A stretch of 64,000 nucleotides of DNA, taken from positions 58,714,001 to 58,778,000 of the forward strand of contig NC_043006.1 of NCBI RefSeq assembly GCF_006345805.1, written 5' to 3'. The notes beneath the pieces are model-generated. The model did not search any database and had not been told where the DNA came from. It worked only from the letters and a program-made list of their open reading frames with translations. Of the stretch, positions 36,301 through 48,282 are shown piece after piece. The stretch is from Octopus sinensis (lineage: Eukaryota). The translations under genes were made by a program, and so were the position numbers. How positions within the stretch are numbered: the first letter of the stretch is position 1; each line of letters starts with the position of its first letter.

Positions 36301-38979
36301 TGTAACGATCTTAGTGTGAATATATCTTCTTCTCTTGTACTTTCGGGGTACAAGAGGCAATCACTATTCGTTGCTTTAATAATCCAGAATCCTACCCGTC
36401 AGAAACAAACAAGACGCAAACGTAAAATATATATAACTACTTTATTCTCTAATGTGGTAACAGTAACAATAAGTGGTTATCTGATATCCTTGGTTCTGGG
36501 CGCGCAAGGCTGAAAGTTAATGGATTGTAATATTTACAATGTTCAGCCGCTAAAAACAGAACGGGTTAAAGATGGCGTCCGGAACAGGGAAGATGTGGTC
36601 GGCAACAATTTGGTTAAAGGCCTTTTGGTAAGGTGCTGCTAGAATCAAGTTCGGACGGAGGAAAAATATACGTGACCGTCGCCTTCAGTCGCTGCTGTCT
36701 CAAGTCCTGCTTGCTGGACGCTGGTGGTCAACGTCTTACGATCCCCTTGCCTCGGCTAACTGCTACGTAGGCAAAAGGGTTCTTCTTCCGGTGGTGAAAG
36801 CACCAACCCCGCACGCGCGAAATACAAATGGACGGTGCGCGAGCGCGCGCCGTTGTATAGGATCACTACAGAGCTCCACCCCAGTGCGTAAGCACGACAC
36901 AAAATTCCCTGTAGTGACTATAAAACTCAAGGTGGATACCAGATAACCAAATAGCACACAATATAATAAAATGGCAAAATTTACATCATACACAAGAAAT
37001 TTACTAAAGGAAAAAATACTCAAAATGAGCAAAATTCAAAAGTGCATGCATGAAAGTGGATACGTCACAAAGTATAGAGCCTTCCGCTAAAGGAGCGGAG
37101 GGAAAGCAAAACTCACAGTTAATGAACCTAGGCGAAATTAAAATCCAACTTCTCTAAAGGTGGTTGATCCTGCGAAATAGCAGTTAAGTCAATTGCTGCA
37201 GGAGAGGAAATGGAATCGACAGATAGATCGCTAGTAACACAAAAGGCAAAAGTGCAAGCATGCTGGTGTGATGCGCGACACAGATAAGTCTCTCTGTTAA
37301 TTACGTGACCAACAGGGGTCTAACAGGGAGAAATTACGCCTATACATGGCGCAGCGCATGTGAACATCCGACATTCTATGAGTCGGGAAAAGAATTAAGC
37401 TAACGCAAACGTGTTGCAAAAACAAGGCAATACACGTGCGAAGCAAAGGCGCATGAAATGCAATAGTGCTTGCCAGACCGAAAAACAGCAATGAATATGC
37501 CAGTGGTTAAGCGACTATATGCCTCGTTCGTACAGGAACAAAAGTATGACATGCTGACGCGCTATAATGGACAAACAACCCTCTCTATGTATACGTGACC
37601 CCTAGGGTCTATAGAAATGAGGTGTGTCCAAAAAGGCATATTTAGCATGGAAAAAACAAGCGAGAAAGCATGTGTGACGTATGTATGTGAGAGAGATAGC
37701 ATTTATGTGTGTATACGTGTGTGCGACAAAAATACATACAAGGTGAATGCGAGCAAAATATAAAAAAAATACAGCGCATAGAAAAATGTCTCTCATGGCT
37801 ATCCCAGACAATGGAGTTAATTTACCAGTCTCTAATAGCCTGATGCACAATAGCAGTTCGTTCTGTAACAGAATGTTGAAATCACAAATGCAGATGCCGG
37901 TTGAACACAATGTGTAGCGGTTGTAGCTTCGATGCTGTGACATGTTAAATCGTTACAGAAGAATCTCGCAGATAGACGGTGCTGTTAATCCTTGGTGTGC
38001 ATATGCACAAACAGCGTGCACGCTAAAGTTCCGCGAGTTGCTATGTACATCTTGTGGAGGTCGACGGTGTTGAAAGGCGACGGTGGTGGTGGAAGGCGAC
38101 TGTAGTGGACTTGAGACAACATTGTTCTTAGTGGTGATGGCGACGAAGATAACGACGACGTGAAGTAGAAAGACGACGATGGCGATGACGAAGGTGGAGA
38201 AAAGGCATCGTTGATATGATGGAGTTCGTCATCATGGCTGTAGAATAAGAAAGAGGCTCCTTCTACAACTGTTTGTGGTGGCCGGAAACAAATCGTCGAA
38301 AGATGATGACTGCGTAGAGTTAAATCGTGTTCCGACTTCGCAGAAAAACTGGATTTTTTTTGTTGTTCAGTGATCTCTGGTTTTAGACCAGAATCACGTC
38401 GGGGTCACCACTGTAACGAACTTTAGTGTGAGTGAATCTTCTCTTGTACTTTCGGGGTACAAGAAAGCAATCACTAGCCGTTGTATAGATAATCCAGAAT
38501 CCTACCCGTCAGAAACAAACAAGACGCAAACGTAAAATATATATAACTACTTTATTCTCTAATGTGGTAACAGTAACAATAAGTGGTTATCTGATATCCT
38601 TGGTTCTGGGCGCGCAAGGCTGAAAGTTAATGGATTGTAATATTTACAATGTTCAGCCGCTAAAAACAGAACGGGTTAAAGATGGCGTCCGGAACAGGGA
38701 AGATGTGGTCGGCAACAATTTGGTTAAAGGCCTTTTGGTAAGGTGCTGCTAGAATCAAGTTCGGACGGAGGAAAAATATACGTGACCGTCGCCTTCAGTC
38801 GCTGCTGTCTCAAGTCCTGCTTGCTGGACGCTGGTGGTCAACGTCTTACGATCCCCTTGCCTCGGCTAACTGCTACGTAGGCAAAAGGGTTCTTCTTCCG
38901 GTGGTGAAAGCACCAACCCGCACGCGCGAAATACAAATGGACGGTGCGCGAGCACGCGCCGTTGTACAGGATCACTACA
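36301..38979 (-). mobile_element. Non-autonomous LTR retrotransposon (Ty3/gypsy-like structure), two LTRs + 1.5-kb non-coding internal region
   Basis: LTRs at 36301-36870 and 38412-38979 (TGT...ACA), CATG TSD at 36297-36300 and 38980-38983, PBS at 38392-38410, PPT-like GGGGTGGAG on the minus strand at ~36874-36882. Confidence 0.93.
38392..38410 (-). promoter_or_regulatory. Primer-binding site complementary to tRNA-Trp 3' end
   Basis: Plus strand AATCACGTCGGGGTCACCA equals the metazoan tRNA-Trp 3' end including CCA, 1 nt from the LTR. Confidence 0.9.
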
Positions 38980-39319
38980 CATGTAAATTGGTGACGTAGA
39001 TCCCTTCTGGTAATTTCTTACTGTGCATCCATTGACTGAGAAGCATTAGAGAACGTGACATATCAAACTACTGATGTGACACATCAAACTACTAATGATC
39101 CATCAAGTGTAGAAGAGGTGTTGGTTCTTCCTACAACTACGTGAATCTCACTAAACTATGAGAGCCTGCGACGGTCATGTGCATTCCTTCTCCTCTTCCT
39201 TCTTCTCCTAATGACAAACCTACCATTAACTTCTTAGTAAAACAGCTGATGCATGTGGCTTATTGCTATAATATTTTTTTAAACTGTAGACCACTAAATA
39301 TTGGCTTTGAATTTTGGCA

Positions 39320-39500
39320 CAAGGCCAGTAATTTCAGGAGAGAGGATAAGTCGATTACATTAACTTCAGTGTTCAACTAGTACTTATTTTATCATCTCCG
39401 AAAGGATGAAAGGCGAAGTCAACCTCGGCGGAATTTGAACTCAGAACGTAAAGACGTACAAAATGTCAGTAAGCATTTTGCCCGGCGCAGTAACGATAGC
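39320..39500 (-). mobile_element. SINE family B, diverged
   Basis: Body motif GAAAGGATGAAAGGCGAAGTCAACCTCGGCGGAATTTGAACTC. Confidence 0.75.
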
Positions 39501-39924
39501 CAATCAAAAACTGACATCAAGCTTGCAATATATTAGTATATAAAGTTTAGAGGAAAAAACCCGGCTTAAATGTTTACCTAGTGAACAGGGTGTAATATCT
39601 AGAAATAGATCACTTTAAATCACTAGAAACTGGAGTAGAAGATGGTATTCCTCAGGACTCAGTAATTTGACACCTATTTCCAATATACTTAACCTGATAT
39701 ACATATGTAAAGAATCATCAATGTGGAAAATATACAGTGTAAAATGTAAGCAATGTAAAAGGTTACCATTGTAAATGTGCTTTTGAGAAGCACATATAAA
39801 TGAATATCAGAGGGCATGTTTATAAACGAAACATTGCAACTTTATTTGAATGGTAATGAGAGCTGACAAGTGATGGGCGAAACGGGCGTATATGTAGGAG
39901 TCAGAGGAGAGCGATAAAACTTAC

Positions 39925-40280
39925 GATTGAACAAATGATTTAGCTGTAAGCCGTAAAAAGCTAGCAGAGACGGAAATAAACCACTCATGATGTATGTAGC
40001 GTTGTGTAGATAAAGACTAACTGAAAAGGTACTCGCAAGGTGGAGTTGACAAAAACGTAATAGGATGACCATGATCTGGTCAGTATTGAGAGCTTAATTT
40101 GATTCAGTAGCTTGCGGCGCTGAGATGGTAAGAAATACTAAAAGGCAGGTTCCATTATAGAGAAGCAATGTGGTCCGTGTCGAGTCCAACCGTTGATTGT
40201 CAGAAAATCGCGCGCCAACCGAGAGGGCGGATAACTGCCTTTTGGTATCCCTACACGCCCAGCTCTGATTGGTCGAAGTT
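39925..40280 (-). promoter_or_regulatory. Possible promoter and first exon
   Basis: Unique, relatively CpG-rich DNA with CCAAT (CTGATTGG ~40265) and GC box (GGGCGG ~40225), and a minus-strand donor AATC|GTAAGT near 39924. Motif-only evidence. Confidence 0.25.
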
Positions 40281-41178
40281 GCCATAACACGACTGTGCTA
40301 TTGCACAACAACACCAATGGCTTCCCTGACTCCTACACATACAATTATATGAGTTTATTTTTCTTAGCACTGTTTTCTGAGTCCATATCCTACCAAAGTA
40401 AACGTTTTGCACTTTTTGTCCTTCTGAGTCGATAAAGTGCCATTCCAAGGTGGAAAACTCGTGGAACGGAATCATTAGCGCGTTGGATGGGTTGCCTCGC
40501 GGTATTTGTCCCGCTCCTTTGTGTTTTGAGTTCAAATACCGCTGTGACCAACATAGGGGATAAGGGAGGCCAGCGCCTATAAACCTTTATATTTTAGAGC
40601 TTCGGATGGGGATGGAGGAAGAGAAGAAGCTGTCTTCAAACTGGAGATCTGGCCCGAACGCTTGCAACAGAATAAACAGCAAAGAATGTTACCCCTCCAT
40701 GGACCAGGAGGTTGTGTTAAACTGGATAATACAACTCGGAACAGATAGAGAGGAATTGACAGAGATGTTAGAATATCGGACAATCGGACAGAATGCCTTC
40801 TGGTAGTTATTCCGGCTTCTTGCACTCTGAGTTCATATGTCACTGAGGTCAACTTTGCTTTTCATCTTTTTGGGGTCGATAAATATAACTGCAACTTAAG
40901 GTAGCAAACTGGTGGAATCGTTAGCACAATGAATGAAATACCTTGCAGTATTTGTTCTTGTTCTTTGAGTTCTGTGTTCAAATTCAGCTGTGGACTACTT
41001 AAGTAGTAGACTTAATCCGTCAACCAGTCTAATCGTACCATCTTGGGTCATTGGGTGCCTGTAGCGGAGTCCACTCTGCTGCAAGCATTCGGGTTAGGCC
41101 ATCGGTTTAAAGATACTTTCCTCCCTCTCACCCATTAATTTCAGACGTCCTGTAAAAGAGTATAAACATTCCTCTTGA

Positions 41179-41400
41179 CTAATCATCCTGAAAGATTGCG
41201 TTTCCCTCAGGAAACAGTTCTGCAACCATAGGATGAATTTGATCAGATAAAATGCTTAAATAATTTTGACAATTCTGCCCAAGACATGGTACGATGGTAT
41301 CCCCACAACTCCATCAAGGAGTTAAATAAAGACCCATGCTACCCCATAGTAACTTTGCTTCACATCTATTCAGAGTTGTTAAAATATAATACCAGTCCAG
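41179..41400 (-). mobile_element. Tc1/mariner transposase remnant
   Basis: NYLSILSDQIHPMVAELFPEGNAIFQDD* matches the second catalytic Asp region of Tc1 DDE domains. Confidence 0.6.
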
Positions 41401-42182
41401 GGCAGTGGCTTGGTACCGGACGAAATAGCTGGCGATATATATATATGCATACACTACGACTTCAGAAAAAATATTTTCGAGGTAAAATATACACAATTTA
41501 AATGTGAACATATTAATTCACATTCTGTATATATTTGATAACGTAACATGTAATTCACACTCGGGAAAATGTATTTCTGTAAAATGTTAGAAGTTGGGGT
41601 GGGGGTGAAATTTCCGAGGGTTCCATTCCACCCCACCTCGTTTTCTGGACCCAACAAAGGTTTTGTGGCATTTTAGGAGGTCACTGTAATTCATTAAACG
41701 AAAAAAAAAAAAAAATTCCAATGATTCCGGGATAGCGGGGTGGGTCCGTTTCCCTTCCCTCTTTTTTTCCGAACAAAAATAAAGGGTTTCCAGCATATTA
41801 GGAGGTCAGAGTACTTGATTCCACGCAAAAAAATCCGAGATTTTTTTTTCTTACTAAAAATCGTGCGGGCGAAAGTATCAAGATCTACCGAAATTTCTTC
41901 GTTGGCAGACATAAGATTGAACTGTGGAGAGAGTATGGCATATTCAGGTTATCAAACTAACATTACATGCCATTCATCATTACATGTCGACGGAACAGCT
42001 TGGTCCCCATTTTAAGAGACATGATCTAATGAGGACAATGCTAATCTTTCGACCGACTTATCTGCGTGACAGAGTTTGACTCGAGACTACACAACCACAT
42101 ACAGCTACAAGTATATTTAACGCATTTTATTGCAGTGAAGACGCATTCTTTCGTGAAAAAAAAAATCAGGATGAAACCAACA

Positions 42183-42256
42183 GGCCGGTTGGCTCAGTTG
42201 GTTAGAGCGTCGTTCTAATAACTCGAATGTCGTGGGTTCGAACTCTATGCTGGCCA
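42183..42256 (+). tRNA. tRNA-Ile-AAT: tRNA-Ile(AAT), degenerate, likely pseudogene
   Basis: GGCCGGT...GCTGGCCA cloverleaf with anticodon AAT at 42217-42219. There are two mismatches in the anticodon stem and three G.U pairs in the T stem; TTTTT follows downstream. Confidence 0.75.
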
Positions 42257-42272
42257 TATCTGTTTTTATCTT

Positions 42273-42640
42273 TAGGCGTAGGCATAACTGTGTGGTAAGA
42301 GGCTTTCTTGCAAACCATATGGTTCCTGGTTCAATCCCGCTGCATGGCACCTTGGGCAAGTATCCCCGGGATGACCAAAACCTCAGGAGTGAAACTGATA
42401 GAAGCCCGTCGCACACTCAAACTCACACACATATATATCTGTGTCTTTGTGTCTGATTTTGTCCCCATCACCGCTCGACTGCTGGTGTTGGTGTATTTAC
42501 GTCCCTGTAACTTAGCGGTTTGGTAAAAGAAACCGATAGAATAAGTACCAGTACTTTAAAATATAAGTACTCGGGTCGGTTCATTTTCCTAAAAATTCTT
42601 AAAGGCGGTACTCCAGTCTAATGACTGAAAGGAATAGACG
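42273..42640 (+). mobile_element. SINE family A, diverged
   Basis: Head and tail recognisable. Confidence 0.7.
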
Positions 42641-42999
42641 ATAAAGGAGATAAAGAGTATCTTCGACAATGCTAGGGGTGATTGGTAGCAATTGTAGGGC
42701 GCTGGTGGCTGGAAGGTGGTCAGCAGAGGCGGGAGTTGTACGATCACCATGGTATGTCGCATGAATAATTGCAGGACACTTAAATCAAAGAACAAAGAGT
42801 TATACTACAATAATACCTGGCCACAAACCACCAGGTAGGTGGCCTTTGTCTAGTGATTTCTCTCGATGATGTGCATCAGCAATCTCTTAGGTTGCCTGCC
42901 AATTTTACTTGGTAACCAGGCATTTAGCGTGTGCCCCTTCGGTACAGCCCGATCATGCGGATGGAATTTTGCTAAGTAAAAATTTTTTTATCTTTTATT

Positions 43000-43177
43000 T
43001 GCGGCACCATTTTGAACAGTTTTTAGTTGAAGGAATCGACCCCATTTCTTAGTTTTGTTTTTAAGTCTGGTACTTATTCTACCTGTCACTTCTGCCGAAC
43101 TGCTAAGTTACGGGGACGTAAACACATAAACCAGTTGTCAACGGTGGTGAGATGACATACAGACAGACAGACAGACA

Positions 43178-43252
<75 letters not shown>

Positions 43253-43410
43253 CGGGCTTCTATCAGTTTCCGTCTACCAAATCCACTCACGAGGCTTTAG
43301 TTGGCCTGAGGCTATAGTAGAAGACACCTGCCTAAGGTGCCACGCAATGGGACTGAACCCGGAACCATATGGTTGAAAAACAAGCTTCTTACTACACAAC
43401 TACGCCAGCG
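43000..43410 (-). mobile_element. SINE family A
   Basis: Internal (CA)n and body. Confidence 0.8.
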
Positions 43411-43464
43411 CCTATAACGGTTGTAACCAGACTTAAAATAAGTATACTTTTCTTATTCCTATAT

Positions 43465-43680
43465 TGCCCACAAGGGGTTAAACATAGAGGGAACAACCAA
43501 GGACAGACAAACGGATTTAGTCGATTACACCCAGTGCGTAACTGGTACTTAATTTATCGACCCCAAAAGGATGAAAGGCAAAGTCGACCTCAGCGGAATT
43601 TGAACTCAGAGCGTAACGGCAGACGAAATACCGCTAAGCATTCGCTCGATGTGCTAACGTTTCTGCCAACTCACCGCCTT
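43465..43680 (-). mobile_element. SINE family B
   Basis: Head, body and long tail. Confidence 0.85.
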
Positions 43681-44329
43681 AAATAAGTATTATTTTCTTC
43701 CACGATTCCGTATCTACCAGACCACAAAACACGGTACTCTACTTTACTGGTCTTGCAACGGTATTTCTCATTGAAAAATGCCGTTGAAACTTTCTTTTGG
43801 AAAACTGAGCAGTGAACTAATCAATAGATTAGACCAGTCTGGTTCACAAATTAATATTAAACAATAAACAGTCAAATCATTACTCCACTCATATGCAAAT
43901 ACTATTTATACTACTACTCACACACAGTGTATTAGTATAATTAATACGCAAACATAGAGAAAGAAGATAGGAGAATGTGATAGACGCACAAATACATGAC
44001 GCACAAATACATGACAAAATCACATAAACCGACCAAGTTAATTTAATCAATTTATAAACAGCTAAAAATCTGTCTTTACGATATAACCAGATGCAATTAA
44101 TTCTTTCCTATAAAAACATTAATAAACTTTTTATTCCTCCCTCGAGTAACCACTTCTATAATATAATATTATAACTTGGGAAAATAACAAGAAAATCAGT
44201 GCTAAACGTCAATGAAGAACTTCAGAAAATGGTTTAAAAAATGGCATAGTGAGATGACTGTGTTTTCAACCATCGGACTCATATTTCTCAGCTTCAGACC
44301 ACGGATTCCATAAAAGTCATTAGGCTCAG

Positions 44330-45960
44330 GCAATTGTGGATCGGTAAATTAGATCGATTTGTGAGTGGAAATCTTGCCGCCAAACAGTTTGCAGAATGTT
44401 CTGGAACTTTTTTTTACCAACAGTATATAAAAAGATGGACAACAAAAGAGAGTTATCAGACTCTGCGGGCAGGGGGTTATGTAATTTATCTCTGTGATGG
44501 CTTTTCTTTTTCTATCTTCAAATATTGATAACAGTTGCAGATACCGCATGGAGTTATGTTGGTTAATCTCAGGAAAATAATTTTTGTAATCAATTTAAGT
44601 GGCATAGGTGGAATTCCTGTTGTTTCGTTTGCATCCTCTGCTTCTTTTGCTAACAGATAAACCTTCTCTCTGGGACACTAATAACTCAGTTATATCATCT
44701 TCTATGGCTTCTTCAAATCCTATATCTTTTGCAAGTGTTACAATATCTTTCTGAATTTTATGTAGACTTTCTGATTCAGGAAAACTTACAATGTTACGGA
44801 TACAGTCTGGCCATATATATTTTCCAAGCACTATTCAAAGTTGAATGTTTCCCTTCATCCCATGACTTAGGTATATTATCAACAGCATCCATTATTTTGG
44901 ATTTCATCCAGAACTCTCCATCTCTATGTTTATCTTCCATGTCAATTGTTTTCATAAATTGTTTGAAAATTCAAATATAATATGTCTTGAAGTTAGCTAT
45001 CACATCCCAACCCATTGACTGTAACAGCGAAGTTGAATTCTTGGCGATATATTCTATTCTCACATTATCAGAAAGGTCGTCTAAGTTCACTGGATGGCTC
45101 AGTGCATTTTTTAAAAGAATTAACGTTTTATTGGAAATATTATACCTGGCACTGTATATCAAGCTAAGGTAAAACAAAAAATATTTGTAAACCACTCTTA
45201 GTCATCCGTGCCTTCTTATTCGAACATCAAATCAGAGGTAGATTAAACTTTGTGTAACCCTTCAAAGCCCTTGAATTTTCGGAATGATACACAAATAGGG
45301 GTCTTAATTTCATAATATCAGCAGCATTTCATCCTCAAAGAACTGCCAGGCGATTTTGGAAGCTTTAAAATCATGGTGTTGATTTTCCTTCTCGAAAAAT
45401 AAAAATTCTAGCGGGCAGGCGCTTCAAGAAAAGTGAAGTTGCATCTACATTTTAAACTTGCTCTGGTGTGTAGCCCCCTTCACTAATCATTTTCTTCAAT
45501 TACTCAGGATAATTAGTAACAGTCTCTGTATCAGCGCTTGCAGTTTTATCAGTCATTTTACATTGTACAAACTCATACGCCTCTTAAACCTTTCAGCCCA
45601 GCCATTACTAGCTGAAAAGGTGTTTTTCATTAGAAGTTTCACCTTCCTTTTTCTGCAAATCATATAGACTTTTGGCGTTTTTGTTTTTGAATTACCAGCA
45701 TGTTTATTGGTATAATGCACCGATTCTGATCCTCGATCCATACACTCGAGAGTCGTTCCATATTAAGCACTACATTAGATCTATGAAGAAATGAGGTCCG
45801 GACAGTTAACAAGCAGTTTCTTGTGCACCGGATATAATTTTCTCTCTGTTGTCACGTTCTATTCCGGCCGTAGATGTTATAAGATTTAATGTTTCGGCAA
45901 TATAATTTAATTTCGCTCCCGCATCAAGTTTAATATCATTGTCGTCCCTTTATGGTTCGC
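44330..45960 (-). mobile_element. Tigger/pogo transposase pseudogene
   Basis: NMERLSSVWIEDQN, FSASNGWAERFKRR, ASADTE...YP..LKKMISEGGYTPEQV*NVD, IWP.C...IVTLAKDIGFEE..EDDITELL. TIRs not located. Confidence 0.85.
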
Positions 45961-46991
45961 TTTTACACATTTCCTTCGAAGTTCGCCGCATCAACCATAA
46001 TATGTCAGCCTGTGCTGATTGGCCGAATCATATTCATGAAGATGTTAATGCCTCTTACGGCAACATATTGCCTTTTATGCGATAATGTTGGTCTCGTGGG
46101 CTTGAGCTTAGAAATTCCGTGAGTGATGGTTCAAAACTCAGCAGGAACCTTGCTACAAGACTATCTGATCATTCAACAGAATACAAATATATTAAGAGCT
46201 ACCACACGCACGTTTAAAACAACAACAAAAACACTCTTTAAAATATGGGATGAGTCATATAAAAAAAAAACATTTTAGATAGTAATCCACTATCTTACTA
46301 ATATTATAGAAGAATGAGAGAGGAAAAGAAATTGTAATATCATCTACGAGATTCGAACTCTGTTTCTACATTAAATCGTATTGCTGCACTAACAACTACG
46401 TCAAAGCGACGTAAAATTAGTAAAATTAGTAACCAAATGAAATTATAAGTAATTTTAGGTGCTATGACGATGAAAAACTATAAGTGGATAACGTATTGCC
46501 ATATATCAAGCTAAGGTAAAATTATAACGAAGCAGACGCGAATCAATTATAGGTTGAAATTAGACTACATGCGAAACTAAGCATTTATACATGTACGAAA
46601 TATTATTGGAATATAACACGCATGTATATAATACATATTCAATACAAAACTACATTAAAAATATGAACCCAAAACCGGGAGAAAAAAATGGATAGAGAGG
46701 AACATGGAAAGAAAAAGAAAGAAAAAGAGAGAAAAAGACAGAAAAAAGAAAAAAAAAAGATCGAAAACTGGATAAAGAAAGAAAGTAAAAAAAGGAAAAG
46801 AAAAATACACATGGGTTCAACACCGAGTGACTCAATTGGTTGCACACCACAAGGTTCAATGGAACCTACTGAAGCAAGCCAACACGCCCGCGGCATTAAC
46901 ACGGGGCGATTTCAAGTGCTTTTCTGAAAGAACGTTCTGGAAGTCAGTAGAAGCTCAAATCATTGCTATTTTATTATCTAACTCTGTCTAA

Positions 46992-47455
46992 GGCGGCGAG
47001 CTGGCAGAAACGTCAGCACGCCGGGCGAAATGCGTAGCCGTATTTCGTCTGCCGTTACGTTCTGAGTTCAAATTCCGCCGAGGTCGACTTTGCCTTTCAT
47101 CCTTTCGGGGTCGATAAATTAAGTACCAGTTACGCACTGGGGTCGATGTAATCGACGTAATCCGTTTGTCTGTCCTTGTTTTTCCCCTCTATGTTTAGCC
47201 CCTTGTGGGTAGCAAAGAAATAGGTATTTCGTCTTCAGAAGGCGGCGAGCTGGCTGAAACGTTAGCACGCCGGGCGAAATGCTTAGCGGTATTTCGTCTG
47301 CCGTTACGTTCTGAGTTCAAATTCTGCCGAGGTCGACTTTGCCTTTCATCCTTTTAGGGTCGATAAATTAAGTACCAGTTACGTACTGGGGTCGTTCTAA
47401 TCGACTGGTTCCATCCCCCCCAAATTTTGGGTCTTGTACCTAGAATAGAAAAGAA
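46992..47455 (+). mobile_element. SINE family B head-to-tail dimer with shared TSD
   Basis: Copies start at 46992 and 47241; 15-bp direct repeat TATCTAACTCTGTCT at 46975-46989 and 47456-47470. Confidence 0.85.
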
Positions 47456-47698
47456 TATCTAACTCTGTCTGTCTGTCCAAGTCGCTAAGTTACGGAGGTG
47501 TAAGCACATCAACAACGTAAACACATACATACATACATGCATGCATGCATGCATGTATGTATGCATGTATGTATGTATGTATGTATGTATGTATGTATGT
47601 ATGTATGTATGTATGTATGTATGTATGTATGTATGTAGCACAAATCCAAAAACAAGAAGCACACTGTAACATGTAGGGTAATATATGTTAAAAATGGT

Positions 47699-47995
47699 GA
47701 AGGACGGTTTATGGGATTGCCGTAGGTTTCCCAACCATAAAGGGTTTGACTTTATGGCGTATCGCGTCAGATCTCAAAAACCTGTTCGTTCACGACCTCT
47801 TAAAATATGGAGGGCGAAATGCCTTGAGTAGTGAGGCATTTCCCCCTCCATATTCTAAAGAGATAATGATCCGACATTACCTGTCGGCTCATTAAAGAGG
47901 TAATGAGCCGACAGGTTTTTGAGATCTGACGATACGCCATAAAGCCAAACCCTTTATGGACGGTAGACCTAAAGTAATCCCATAAACCGGCCTTC
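47699..47995. mobile_element. Palindromic (foldback) element with two divergent degenerate hammerhead motifs
   Basis: Arms 47699-47785 and ~47911-47995 with two internal hairpins. Hammerhead-like motifs at 47713-47775 (-) and 47921-47981 (+). Followed by (CTAT)n. Confidence 0.65.
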
Positions 47996-48005
47996 CCCGT
48001 TTTTG

Positions 48006-48087
<82 letters not shown>

Positions 48088-48282
48088 ACTAGCAGAGACA
48101 CCCGGCCTGGCTCGGGATTAAAATGACATAATTTTCAAATTGTTTTACTCGTTTTAGTCATGTCACTACGGCCATGCTGGAGCACTGCCTTTGGTCGAAA
48201 AAACCGACTACAGGATTTATTCTTTGTAAGCCTAGTATTTACTGTATGGGTGTCTTTTGCCGAACAGTGGCTATAATATATA

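Noticed and set aside
37602-37943. 113-aa ORF inside the LTR element as possible gag
   Set aside because: No CCHC knuckle or other gag/pol motif recognisable.
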